Source of the DNA: Eledone cirrhosa
Lineage: Eukaryota
NCBI GenBank assembly: GCA_964016885.1
Contig: OZ024753.1
Span: forward strand, 1,736,001 to 1,800,000
Length of the DNA stretch: 64,000 nucleotides
Direction: 5' to 3'
Part shown: piece after piece, positions 43,915 to 57,339 of the stretch
How the letters are laid out: every line of letters starts with the position of its first letter
Position numbering within the stretch: the stretch's first letter is position 1
The notes under the pieces: model-generated
Told to the model about the DNA's origin: nothing
Database searches by the model: none
Seen by the model: the letters and a program-made list of their open reading frames with translations, nothing else
Made by a program: the position numbers and the translations under genes

Positions 43915-43957
43915 GTCAAAGTTCTTTCGTCACACATTCTGTGACCTCTTCAGTGAC
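43915..43957 (-). ncRNA. Minimal type-I hammerhead ribozyme motif
   Basis: GUCA-CUGAAGA-G-GUCACA-GAAUG-UGUGAC-GAAA-G-AA-C-UU-UGAC: 4-bp stem I, perfect 6-bp stem II closed by G-C, intact core. Confidence 0.75.
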
Positions 43958-44047
43958 TGGGGATTCTTTTCTTTCTTTTTGTGCCTCTCCTTTGTTCGGT
44001 CCTAGGCCATCTTGTTTTTTCAAGATGGCGTAGGACAGAATAAAGGA

Positions 44048-44952
<905 letters not shown>

Positions 44953-45612
44953 TTGATATTATTATTGTTTATTTATTAGTGTACTTAGTCAACTAAAACT
45001 TAATAATCACCAGTAACGTAGACTATAATCACCTGTCGAGGCGGAACGAGTCTTAATAGTAAGCTTTTATTTCATTTAAACTATTAATACTTTCATTAAA
45101 GCCACTGTAATCATATGTCTCATTTTCACCTCCATTGAAGTCAATTAGGCCAATCAGACATTTGTATTAGTTATCATATGAGTAGTCTTTCAGAAAATTA
45201 ATATATTTGATATTTAAATATCTCCTAATATTCTCTCTGTTGTAAATATACGATTCATGTTAATATTTTGAACACACACTGACACTGGACATGGTGTTGA
45301 ATACGTCGCCCTACAAGCAATTTATAATCAATGAAGATAGTGAAACATTGTCATATATCCGAGAAAAGTATTTATATGACAACAGCTAATACTTTACTGA
45401 ATGTTCCTCAATATTATGTCATATTAATGAAGTGATAAGGAAATGGAGACAGGACATAACTGTGCAGTAAAGGTAACCATGTAGAAAAATAAGGCAACAA
45501 AGGGAAACTTACGTTGAGCAGTTTATAGAAAGTTTGATCGGAAAATTGTGTTTGCTTTTGTGTTCTGCTCTTAATCGATCTAATTCCTCTTTCTCTCTCT
45601 ATTATATATATA

Positions 45613-46248
45613 CTAGCTGAGGTATCCGGTAATACCCGGGAGCTAGGGTATTCTCAGTTCCCATTAAAATGCCCAATGCCTCTCAGACCAAAAGTAATTG
45701 TTACAGCAAGCAGAGACTATTAAGTTGATTTATGGAGAACATTTTAAGCCCACAACAGCTGAAGCCAAATTTCGCTCATCAGTTAATCAAAAATCAGCTT
45801 ACGCTTTGACCCAGTGGTCTGAAAAGCCATCCTTAGAACATAATCTATCTGTGTTTCAAGTTTGAAGGAAATCGGTTGAGAGCTTTAAAATTTATGACAG
45901 AAAATAACATTCATATGAGCATTTGCATACAAATTTCCGATTCATTTTTTAAAAATCGATGCAGACTGGAAATTATAGATTTTTTAAACTTCAAAGTACG
46001 TAAGATATCAAATGGGCATGAAATAATGAGCATATAAAAAAAGGTGACCCCCTCTATCGATTTTTATCTGCAGAATGACCCCGGAATAAAAAAAAAAACG
46101 ATACGTTGATATATAGAAAACACTCCCCGATGACTAATCTATGAGCCTGTAAAGTTTCATGAAAATCGGTCTTAAGATGTAGGCCCCTATAGGTAATACA
46201 CAGACACACAGACACACACACACATACTTAATTTTATATATATACAGA
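45613..46248 (-). mobile_element. Non-autonomous Helitron, apparently complete (~636 bp)
   Basis: Minus strand starts A|TCTGTATATATATAAAA followed by TGTG/TCTG repeats, and ends with hairpin CCGGGTATTACCGG then CTAG|T; A/T insertion site, no TSD; two internal AAGTTT..GAAATCGG-like motifs. Confidence 0.85.
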
Positions 46249-46438
46249 TAACAGTACAATTCAGTAAATTACTTTCAAATTGTATCTTAACCTTATTTCA
46301 GCAATATAGATTCTCTTAAAACAGTATTGTATGGACGTATTTGACTTGTGTTTCTACATTGTTTCCGTATACCTCCGTTATTAACACGGGGATGCAAATA
46401 AATAGTAAAATGTTCTGATTCTACCGCTATCATGTGAG

Positions 46439-46711
46439 TCTCTATGTAGTCTAGTGTCAGGGCGGTTGCTTATCTCGGTTTCATGGCGTGAAGCGACTGA
46501 GAGTACAGGACTCCCCCCTGGACAGGACGCCAGTCCATCGCAGGGTTAAACCTCCAGCTATTGCTAATACTCATTTTCAACTGAGTATACTGGAACAACA
46601 TGAAATGAAGTGTTTTGCTCAAGAACACCATACACAACCCAGCCCAGGAATCGAACCCACGGCACTATGATCATAAGCCCAACACACTTACTACTAAGCC
46701 ACGCGCCTTCA
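46439..46711 (-). mobile_element. SINE family B-related, full length with TSD
   Basis: Minus strand GGCGCGTGGCTTAGTAGTAAG (A-box), GGGTTCGATTCC (B-box), GTGTTCTTGAGCAAAACACTT; TSD CGCTATC(A/G)TGTGAG at 46425 and 46712. Confidence 0.9.
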
Positions 46712-46825
46712 CGCTATCGTGTGAGCATATATTTTTTTAATGAAACATATTGGTAACCATAGAAGTTATAGAACATATATAATTATTTCAATGTATAGAA
46801 GTTGGCTTTATCAGTAGTTTTAATA

Positions 46826-46881
46826 GTATTATGTATTAATGCTGTATTACGTATTAATGCTGTATTATGTATTAATGCTGT
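46826..46881. repeat. 18-bp tandem repeat x3
   Basis: GTATTA(T/C)GTATTAATGCT. Confidence 0.85.
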
Positions 46882-47675
46882 GAACCAGATTTGATTTTCA
46901 CCCTGCCCACGTTACACAAAAGACATATTGCGATACCAAGTACTGGCATTTATAGAACAGCTCTTACCTTCAAAATCACCTCGAGTATTCATTAAAAATG
47001 TATAAGTTACACTCCATCGAAGCCTCACAGCCTATAGGAGTGAATAGCAAAGTATTATAGAATAAAATCAGTAGTGTATGCATATAATTGGAAGTTATAT
47101 TCTATATATTTCAGGCTAAAGTGAATATGAGATGCAATTTTCCTAAGATTATGTCTAATTTCTCTTCCACATAGATATCATTTTAAAAAGAAACAACTGA
47201 ATATATAAGGCACATTTGCAAAATCTCTAAAACTCATTATTTCAGAGAAAAATTCAGAATATGCTATGACAATTTAGATAAATTTATTTTTATGAATGAA
47301 CTGGCGAGGATAAAGGAAACAACTATTTTTGGTACCATTTTGTTATTATTAATATGAATGTGATCCACATTTTGCAGTAAGAACATCTTGAATTCATTGA
47401 GCAGGTGACAATGCTGTGTGGCGATGGCGCTGAAAATCTGCTTCTGGTTCACTGCTTCAGTTTTGAATGTAACAGGTTAATGATATTCAAATCTGCCGAT
47501 GTAGGAGCTAATTTAATGCCCGATGTTTGTTTTATATTCAGCAGGCCATTTTTTAAACAATTTTAGCTGTGTGTATTGGCGCATTGATAACTAAAAACAT
47601 GAGGAGTTTTTCTCCAAATTACAAACCTGTGCAGTGTTTTGTTGAATACCAGTAGTCGCCTATACATGCATGCAT

Positions 47676-47722
47676 ACGCCACCTATTTTCCACGCCACCT
47701 ATTTTCCACGCCACCTATTTTC
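47676..47722. repeat. 16-bp tandem repeat x3
   Basis: ACGCCACCTATTTTCC. Confidence 0.9.
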
Positions 47723-47947
47723 TCCGGGGTATAGGACGATATAGTTTAGTACCAGTTCGTCGTTGAGAGACCAGGTGAGGGTTACACGATAGATTAATCG
47801 AACAACTTCTTCGATGACATAAACCTCGTCGATTATTATTTTTTTAAATCAATATTATGGTTGTTGTAGTGGTCTGGCGCTATAAATCAAGAGGCAAATT
47901 TACAGAAAGAAAGATGAGAGCAAAACGCATTATTAAGCCACACACTG

Positions 47948-48088
47948 AGGGCGGTTGATTGGCAGAATCGGTAGAGTGTCAGACAACATGCTTTGTGACA
48001 TATGATCACGTCCTGAGTTCAAATCCCGCCGAGGTTAGCTTTGCTTTCATCATTACAGGATAGATAAAATAAAGCAGCAGTAACGCAC
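47948..48088 (+). mobile_element. SINE family A
   Basis: TGGCAGAATCGGTAGAGTG..GAGTTCAAATCCCGCCGAGGTTAGCTTTG. Confidence 0.88.
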
Positions 48089-48385
48089 ATGCTCCACATT
48101 TCACATATTCCAAACTTTCCGCATTGCACACATTTCACCTACTTTCTACGTATTTCATAATCCACACATTCTTCATTTTAGACATTCCACACATACCACA
48201 CATTTCACATTACTCATATTCCACACCTTCCGCAGTCAATACTCCACATTTCACACATTACACTCACCACATATGACATATTCCGCATTGAATACGTACC
48301 ACACATTCGATTAATTCTACACATTTGACATTACACTCTCCAGAATCCACAGATTATACACATTCCACATTCCACACATTTTACA
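48089..48385. repeat. Degenerate CACATT(C/T)-based short-period repeat
   Basis: Recurrent CCACATT/CACACATT/CATATTCC motifs. Confidence 0.8.
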
Positions 48386-49107
48386 AGTCCATATAGTTTC
48401 ATGTAGTTTCATTCTCTGTCACTTAAGAGACTTCAACACAGGATTCAAACAAAAGAGGTGAAAAGAGGTGTTTGCATCTGTGAATATATATAGTATTGAC
48501 TAAAACTCTATAGACATATTCTTTAGCCATTGTATATAGTAATGTGGAGGCCATCAATATGATTGACTGACTTGACATTTTATCAGTCAACATGAACACC
48601 TAGATATAGGTACTTAGCGTGAATTTACTTCTGCCTTTGTATCACCTTTCTTTAAATCCATCAGTATTTTACATTTTGCTTGATTTGAATGTTATGAAAT
48701 TTTATTATATGTATCAAAAGACTTTAATTAGTTTTATGTTTGCTTTTAAGAAAGGAAAACCAATTAATGACCTCAAAACCATTCAGTATGATTTGAAGGG
48801 GATTTGGCTGTTATTGTTGTTTCGGAGCAGATTGAGCGACCACGTAAAGGCTTCGTTGCTTTGTATAATTTACAAATGTATGGATTCATTAGTTTCAAAT
48901 ATTTTCAGTATTCCTCTGGAGGTTATGTTTTACTTGTGCACTTTTACCATTTTTTTTTTACATTCTTAGTGGTTCGTTTTTGATCTGGGGTTTTCGTTAT
49001 CTTTTGATATCAAACAGCCTGAAACTACTCTGGATTTTTGATAAAACAGTTCAGTTTGAAATGTTTCTTTTATTCTTATAGCAAAACCTTTCGTTATAAT
49101 TTTATTC

Positions 49108-49278
49108 AGTGGGTTGGCAGTATTGGTAGAGCGTCAGACACCATGCTTTGTGTTCTGAGTTCAAATCCTGCCGAGGTTAGCTTTGCCTTTCATACTTACG
49201 GGGTCAATAAAATAAAGCCCCAGTAAGGCACTGGGGTCGATTTAATCGATTTTCCCCTCCCCCAAATGGCTGGCATCG
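49108..49278 (+). mobile_element. SINE family A, full length with TSD
   Basis: A-box TGGCAGTATTGGTAGAGCG, B-box GAGTTCAAATCC; flanks TATAATTT(T/C)ATT. Confidence 0.9.
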
Positions 49279-50353
49279 TGCCTATAGTAGAAATAATTAT
49301 AATTTCATTTTAAAAGTAATCTTATTAATGGAAAACTTAGTTATTTTTATGTGTGTGTGCGTGTTTATACACATGTTTGTGTGTGCGTGTATGTTTGTGT
49401 GTATGTCTTCGTTTCTGTGTGTGTATGTCTTCGTTTCTGTGTTTGTATGTTTGTGTGCATAGGTACATTCGTGAATAAAGTATATTTCTAGCCTGTTTAT
49501 TTTTATGTTTATTGGTGTTTAAGATATATAGATGGAGAAATAAATATGTAATTGCTATCTAAGTAGATATATAGATAAATAAATGATCCAGCTTAAAGTA
49601 CAGAGTAACTATTTGAAATTACTGTTACCTCCATTCCGTCTACAGCATTCTCCCTCTCTCTCTCTCTCACACACACACTCTCTATCTATCTATCTCACAT
49701 ACACACACACTCTATCTCACACACACACTCCCTCTCTCTCTCTGTCTCTGACACACACACTTTCTCTGTCTCTTACTCTCTGTTTCTCTCTGTCCCTCTC
49801 TCACATACACACTCACACACACACACTCTCTCTCTCTCACATACTCAGTCTCTCTCTCTCTATCACACATACTCAGTCTCTCCCATTCTGTTTCAGTCTC
49901 TCTCTCTCTTTGTCTCTCTCTTACAGCCCCCCCCTCTCTCTTCCTTACCTTTTTCCATCAATCACTTGATATGAATGTGTAGAAACACAACGCATTAGTT
50001 TTGACAAAAGACTTGGCAATTCTATTGGATACAACTACTTTGATTCTCCTCAGGAATAATATGAAAATTAGATTCAACAATTCATTCTATTGCTCCTACT
50101 TCAATATATATTGTATGTAATTCAACAATAACATGCAATATATATTGAATCTATTATTACAATGAAACGTCGACCGAGGTTTTTTTTATTTTTGATTCTA
50201 AAGGTTCTCTACCGTAGTTGTAACATTTCGTAGAAAAGTTGTTAAAAGTTCCCTCGTGAGCGTATATTTTCTTCTAGAAGTAATGTTACATTGAATGGAT
50301 TTTGAGTTTGCTGCGTAAACTTGTGATTGGTGTAGTTTCGCTTAGTCTTTACA

Positions 50354-50426
<73 letters not shown>

Positions 50427-50593
50427 GTATACTTAAGGAATTACACCAGTCCAGTCTCCTGTTATTTTATAATAATTAACTCCCTACTCGCACAACCAAC
50501 AACACAAACGAAGACGGGTGAGTTGCATTACGTTGAGTGCTCTCCCTAATATTACATCAAGGTTGACTATACGGAATGACCAGTTCTATCCAG

Positions 50594-51946
50594 TTGCTCA
50601 CTATAAAAGCTTCACGGCACAGGCATTGCTTTATATCTGGAGATCTCTCTGCACTTCTCGTCACATGGTACCATGGGCCCAGCACTATGTGTCAATAATT
50701 GTCACAAGTGTAGTGTTTGTACCAGAGTTTTCAAGTCACTGGCTGGACTAAAAAGTCACACTCGTTCAGCCCATCGGTAGGGGTTCTCCTACATGGATAT
50801 AAAGTAGTGGCCGTACTCGAAAACGAGTTGGCAGCCACCATGTATGTATGTATGTATGTATGTATGTATGTATGTATGTATGTATGTTATGTCAGGTCAC
50901 CAGTTGGTGCTACTGGTAACATGTATCCCAGTACAACCTGTCTCATGGTCGGGTCGTTGGTGACTAAACTGGTAACCCCACCAAGGTTTCTTGGTGAGGA
51001 GGGTGACTTTGGACATCCTGCAGGACTAAAAACAAAACCTGTCAAAGGGCAAAGGAGCTCTTAAGAGTCAATTGCCATCTAAAATCACCGAGAGAGATGA
51101 CCCCTTAGCCTTTGTCAAGGCAGAATTCTAGGAGAAGGAAAACTCTGATATAACATCTGCAACTCTGATGGTATCCAATGATGTTGACTTGTTCTTCTTT
51201 TTGGTAAATATCATCTTGGTTAAGAGAGTGGGACTGGCTTTGTGCAGTGCCTTTGCTCACTATAGAATCTTCACAGCACAGGCATTGCTTTATATCTGGA
51301 GATATCTCTGCACTTGTCGTCACATGGTACCATGGGCCCAGCACTATGTGTCAATAATTGTCACAAGTGTAGTGTTTGTACCAGAGTTTTCAAGTCGCTG
51401 GCTGGACTAAAAAGTCACTCGTTCAGCGCATCGGTAGGAGTTCTCCTACATGAATATAAAGTAGTGGCCGTACTCGAAAACGAGTTGGCAGCCACCATGT
51501 ATGTATGTATGTACGCATGTAAAACAAAACCTGACATAGGGCGGAAGAGCTCATAAGAGTCAACGGCCATCCAAAAGTGTGTAAATATGTATATACACAT
51601 GTACCGCACGGTTAAACCACTGGGAGTGAAGAACCCCTAGCCTTTGTCAGGGCATTCTTGTAGGAGAAGGTATCTCAGGAAACTGGGATAACTCCGATAT
51701 AAAACCTGCGGCTCAGTAGTTACCGATGATGTTGATCTTTTCTTCTTTTCGGGTTATAGCTACTGTCGCTCAGAGAGTGGGATTGGTTCAGTGCACAGTC
51801 TTTCCTCACCTTAGAAAATATCTTCATGCACAGGCATTGCACGACAGAATTAATTAATAATTATTAATAATGGTATATCATGCAATGGCCATACTCGATA
51901 ACGAGGGGGAAGCCATCATCATATATGTATGTACATATGTATGTAA
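50594..51946 (+). mobile_element. Three head-to-tail copies of a non-autonomous RTE-derived element with (TATG)n tails
   Basis: Units ~50594-50886, 50891-51512, 51520-51946. They carry the RTE-type 5' UTR motif TAGGAGAAGGAAAACTCTG, a C2H2 remnant CSVCTRVFKSLAGLKSH, and a 3' hairpin CTCGAAAACGAG before (TATG)n. Confidence 0.8.
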
Positions 51947-52294
51947 CAAATTTAATATAGAAATGGCTAATCCCAGAAGGTCTATTGTTTGTATAATATA
52001 TGACATAAGAGAACAATGTCAAATATGGGAATATATAATAGATAACGGTAGACAGGTAAAGCTATAAAAAAAATGTACAATTTTCTTCTTCATCAAGCAA
52101 TTATATCAACTTCTGCTTTACTGCTTTTACCAATCTCTTCCACCAACATTGCTGTTGTTATTGTTGTTATTGTATTGTTGTTATTGTGTTGTTGCTGTTT
52201 TGTCGAGTAGTAAAATAGTGAAATCTATTGAAATGGTGAGTCTAGAAATTCAAGCTTGTATGATGTGATGTGTTTGCATTCGACCTCCGTCGAT

Positions 52295-52578
52295 GAGCGT
52301 CACAGTTGTTCGATCAACAGAACAGCATCTTTGTGAAATTAACGCTCAAGTGGCTGAGCATTCCATAGACAGGTGTACGCTTAACATAGATCCCAGAGAA
52401 ATAGTTTCAGTGTAACAAGGCTAAGCCTTTTAAATTACAGGTCCACTCATTTTTGCCAGCTGAGTAAACTGGAGGAACGTGAAATAAAGTGTCTTGTTCA
52501 AGAACACAACATACTACCAGGAATCGAACTCAGAACCTTACAACCGTCCTCAGAATACCCTAAGCCACACGCCTTCAC
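52295..52578 (-). mobile_element. SINE family B-related
   Basis: GAAATAAAGTGTCTTGTTCAAGAACACAAC..GGAATCGAACTC..TAAGCCACACGCCTTCA. Confidence 0.85.
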
Positions 52579-52699
52579 AATCTTATGAAATTTGACAGTT
52601 TGGAACTGTAGAACAGGCAATCAAAAACAGTGTTGTGCAGTGTAGTGTTGTATTTACAATGTAATGCATTGCAATGTAATATAGTGTAGTACATTGTAA

Positions 52700-52840
52700 T
52701 CAGCGGCGATTTGGATGAGTGCTTAGTGTGTGATTAAATGCCTCAATATTTGATTCCCGCTCTCTGCCTTCTGAGTTCAAATCCCGATGAGGTTAACTTT
52801 GCCTTCCATTCATTTGGGGCCAATAAATAAAGTACCAGTC
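52700..52840 (+). mobile_element. SINE family A, decayed
   Basis: TTCTGAGTTCAAATCCC..GGTTAACTTTGCCTTCCAT..AAAGTACCAGT. Confidence 0.8.
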
Positions 52841-53057
52841 CATGGAAGTGGATTCGCAGGATTGATAAAGTGTTGAACAGGATGATTTGCGTATCCGATC
52901 CGGCTCTGCGTTTTAAGTTCAAACCATGCCTCCTCCTGTCAGGTGTTGCGACCGACAGAGTAGTATCATACATGGAAAGACCAATGGAAATTTACTTTCC
53001 TTGAACCAATCTAACGATCAACTCCTCCCCTTCTTAATATTACAGTATAATACAGCA

Positions 53058-53250
53058 TAGTGGATTGGCAGAGTGTGGATACAATATCATGGCGGCATTT
53101 GCTCTTGAGGTTCTGAGTTCAATTCACAGAGAAGTCAAATTTAATTTACATCGTTCAGTAAAATGAAGTACCAGTCAAGTATTGAGATTAATTTAATCAA
53201 ATTTGCCCCTTGTCCCACATTAGCTGGTGTTATGTCTAAATTATAAATCA
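53058..53250 (+). mobile_element. SINE family A, decayed
   Basis: GTGGATTGGCAGAG..TTCTGAGTTCAATTC..GAAGTACCAGTCAAG. Confidence 0.75.
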
Positions 53251-53499
53251 ATATCGTTGTATGATAGGGTAAAACTATACTGTACTATGTTAAAGTGAAA
53301 CGCATTTTTAGTGCAGCTTTGTACTGCAATAAAAGTGCCCGAAATACAATATTTTCGTGTTTCAAATTCATATCAATTTAAACCTTCTATTCATAATTAA
53401 TTCCGATATTCCAATTAACTGTTAAACAAATAATTGAGAGAAAGAAATTAATCTTTTGACGTGTAATAAAACGACTGCCAATCTGCTAATATTGATACA

Positions 53500-54010
53500 G
53501 GTATTGGAGTTGATAGAATTTTCATTTATCAAATTTCGTGTGCGCCAACTTTTGGTTTTGTTCCCGACACGCATCCATTTATTTGCCGTCATCTTAATCA
53601 ACGCTCATATAACTCCTATTCAGATGATGCCATACTTTACTTCTTCCTAGCCCAAACGTCATCCACACGTTAATCTGACCCTATACCTGTACTAACATTG
53701 TGAACAAAGATCTAAAAAATATCCTCCAATGTACTCCTGTAAAATTTTTATAAATGTTCACAGCACAAATACACATTACTAGAAATATCAAGAAATCAAT
53801 CTTGTTATGTAAACAACATGGAGGTATAACCTTCAAAATGGCGATAAATGTTATATAACTCAGCGCCACTGATTATCTCCCTTGATAATTGCACATACCA
53901 TGACATAGCAAATACAGCATTATAAAAAGCAACCTTTCTTTACTGGTTTTGAAAATACTTCTCCTCTAACACCATCAATCACTCTCTTCGAAATTCAAAT
54001 AATGAGACCT
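53500..54010 (+). mobile_element. Decayed non-LTR (CR1/Jockey-like) reverse transcriptase fragment
   Basis: Collinear broken motifs RVRQLLVLFPT (~GVPQGSVLSPT), SYSDD (~YADD), VNKDLKNILQ, KYFS. Confidence 0.7.
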
Positions 54011-54494
54011 TCAATTATAATGAGGAAAGGTCCTTCGTTGGTTTCGACGATAGTATTTAGTCGTTCGATCACACGAACGTTCACCCCGTCAATTAACATC
54101 TCGTACTTGACATAATTCCCGAACCGAATCAGCGTTACATGATATGTGACAAGGCAAGACTGTTAGATTACAGATACAATCTATCCCATTGGAATTGGTC
54201 TCCCTCAGTTTCAGTTGTACAATCAACGGAACAGCCAACTCATGAAATCAATCTGCAAGTGGCCGAACATTCCACATACAGACACGTGTACCCTTAACGT
54301 AACTATCATGGAGATTCAGCGTGACATAAGGTGGGCTGATGTACAAAATCAGACTGATGTCTTATTTCGTACACCAGCCCGCCCCAGCCTCGAGCCCAAT
54401 AAGGGACTGTCCCTTATTGATGTTTGTGATGATGGTGGTGGTGGGGTTGGGAGTGATGGTGTTTGTGATGGTGGTGATGGAGGTATTTGTGTTG

Positions 54495-54588
<94 letters not shown>

Positions 54589-55362
54589 ATTGTTCAGTTC
54601 GTGCCTGTGTATCGTCAGTCAAAGAGTAAGGGTTCAATTGTGGAAGAGTAAGGGTGTCAAACAGTCTCCAACAATTTAGTGCAGTCCCCAGTATGTCAGC
54701 TGTCAATGACAGATAACAGCAAAACTAGATATATCAATTCTATTAATTAATAATTGTTTCTATAATTAATAATGTTGGCTTAATAAATTATTCATGTCGT
54801 CCAAGTTACGCTCATTAATATTCAAGTTTAATTAATTTTTAGTTTAAATGATTAATGACATAAGCTGAATTAATTAATCCTATTAGTGTAATTGATTATG
54901 TTGATTTAATTAATTAGTAGTGTTAGTTTAATCAATTAGTCGCGTTAGTTTAATAAATTATATATACATATATATATATATATACAAATTTAATAATGGG
55001 TCATGTAAAATACTTAAGAGACAAAACGTTTACCTCAAAAGACATCCAAGAAACCATTCGGTTACGAAACGAACTTTCTCAAACATTCATATATATAAAA
55101 AATAATCAACTGATTAAAGTAGCCTGATTATGACCGAAATATGCCAATAATTGTCTTCTTGTTTGCAAACAAAGATAATATTTTCGCCACGTAGTGGGAC
55201 TAACAACGAAACCACGTGGTTATGAAGTGAACATCTGGATCTCACAGCTATGCTTGTGATAGAATTCAATAAGAAAATAATAATTTCTAGCATAGACCAG
55301 CAATTTCAAGGGGAAGGAAAAGTCGATTAAATCGACCCCAGTGATTGGCTGGTACTATATTT

Positions 55363-55560
55363 TTGATCTGCCAACCTCTAAAAACCCAAACGGGGAGTAC
55401 CATGAAAAATGGTGCATCCAAAACGGGGAGAAATGAGGCAAAAATGGAGAGATTTTACATATTGAAAGCTATACCCATTTTCACAAGGGAATACATCTCT
55501 CACTCACCCCAAAGTGGGTGGGAGATCTCCCCGTCCGACGGGGGAGAGTTGACAGGTCCG
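55363..55560 (+). mobile_element. ~195-bp hAT-like MITE inserted into a SINE A remnant
   Basis: Ends GATCTGCCAAC / GTTGACAGGTCCG; ATATTTT on both flanks; SINE A fragment at 55280-55362; homologous to 58870-59060. Confidence 0.8.
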
Positions 55561-56170
55561 ATATTTTATCACCGTGCTAACGTTTCTACCAATCAACCGC
55601 CCTCATGAAAAAATCATTAATAGCATGTTGTATATCGTAGCTGATGGTTGTCCACTTGCCAAGGAAAACCATCAGAATAGCTAGCATGTTCCTTTGATTC
55701 CTCTCGTGATATGAAAGAGATGGACATGATTTTATTGATACTCCGGCAAATATACATTCATTTGTTTCATACTTATTTCTTCGGAGTAGTGAAATTACAT
55801 TTGCATTATTTAGCCTTTGAGTAATTGGTACTGCAGTGATTTTATTAGCTGGTATGATTTAATGCCTTCTGCTTTTGTATTCTTTTCGAGTATTCCACTC
55901 TAAAGTATCGTCATTAGCACGTACCAATTGCTTTCGCAACACAATTCTTAAAATACAGCTTTTCAGTCTTTTCCAATTTTACCTTCGTTTTTCAATCGCC
56001 CTCCCCTTTTATTGTGTTTGTTGCTGTTGTTGATAGTGTGTCCCTCTTCTTTCGCTATTTACAAGAAGCCTATTTACAAAGCTGAAGTTACGTTTATTAA
56101 ACTTACATTTGTGAACGTCATCACAATTTCTCCACACATCACTCTCTCACCACCTTATTATGAATGTATG

Positions 56171-56216
<46 letters not shown>

Positions 56217-57339
56217 TACGCACGTACACACTGAGACACAGAGATACACACACACACACTGACTGGGTTCGATAAGAAATTCAAAATTGATTAAATTAAC
56301 TAAATCTACAATAAAATGCTTTTAAATGATGAAAAACCTACGATTTTCTTAACTGTCCTTATGAAGCAATACAAATGTTAATAAATGAAATAAAATTATT
56401 GAACACTTACTGAAAAATTGTTGAAGTTGGCAATGGTAGCGGTTATGATAGTTGTTGTTATGGTCATGTTGATTGTGTTTTATATATGATGGTTGTGTTG
56501 GTGGTGGTGGGAGCAGTTGAGTTGGTCATGTTGATTGTTGTTTTATATATGATGGTTGTGTTGGTGGTTGTCGTTCTTGTGTTGATTAAATTAATGTCAC
56601 TGATGGGGCAAGGCTAGTACGAGAATTTCCGGCACCCTCATCAGCCGTGTTCAAGTCATGCCCGGGCTTGCAATATTTAATCTTAATATGACCCTGTACA
56701 TATACCATTCATTCATTTAACCCTGGTCATTTAATGGTACTAAAAGAACTTTGTCCAATACACGAAAGGAGCTCAAGAAAAACTATGATAGGTTCCAACC
56801 TTTGCATTATAATTACCGAAAACAATTTTGTTATTACTTAAAACAGCTTTCTCAATGTAACTCCACAAGACTGTGTAATGTATGTAAGTGTGAGTGTATA
56901 CATGTGTGTGTATATATATATATTACTTATAACACAACTAAGGATATTTCCGTCGATACTCAGAGTTCCATGATGTTATCCGATTATTCGTAGCAGTTTA
57001 AACGGATAACACCATGAAACTCTGAGTACATAGGTTTCGTTACCCTGTATTTAAGGGGTATAAAATAGCTCTATGTCTACATATCGAGGACCCTTTCATA
57101 ATTATTATTCACACTCAGATAATGATATATATACAGAGACACATATTGTATTTTGGGAGCGTTGTTTTGTCATTCAAAACATGTCCTGGTTGAGTTTCAC
57201 TTCAGTTTTATTATTAAACTTGTAATTAATTCATCAATCACCAACTAATTAGTTAATTAACGAAGTCCTTTTGTCACAGCCTCTGACGAAATGATTTCGT
57301 TAATGTATTGGATTAAATATTCTGGTTAACTGTGCTCTG

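Noticed and set aside
45765-45786. CTGATGAGCGAAA hammerhead-like core on the minus strand
   Set aside because: No stem II or stem I; lies inside the Helitron body.
47369-47476. Plus-strand candidate exon (TTTTGCAG ... AACAG|GTTAAT)
   Set aside because: All three frames from the acceptor hit a stop and the donor is weak.
50100-50149. 19-bp AT-rich inverted repeat (also a 12-bp one at ~38417)
   Set aside because: Short and low-complexity; expected at this base composition.
51314-51556. C2H2 zinc-finger gene (a family expanded in octopus)
   Set aside because: Single incomplete finger without TGEKP linkers; it is the 3' remnant of an RTE-type element and is repeated at ~50700.
54595-54622. CTGACGA...GCACGAAC on the minus strand
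   Set aside because: GAAA is missing and the stems do not pair.
56615-56648. CTGATGAGGGTGCCGGAAATTC hammerhead-like motif on the minus strand
   Set aside because: Stem II is only 2 bp with a 2-nt loop and wrong closing geometry; likely chance.
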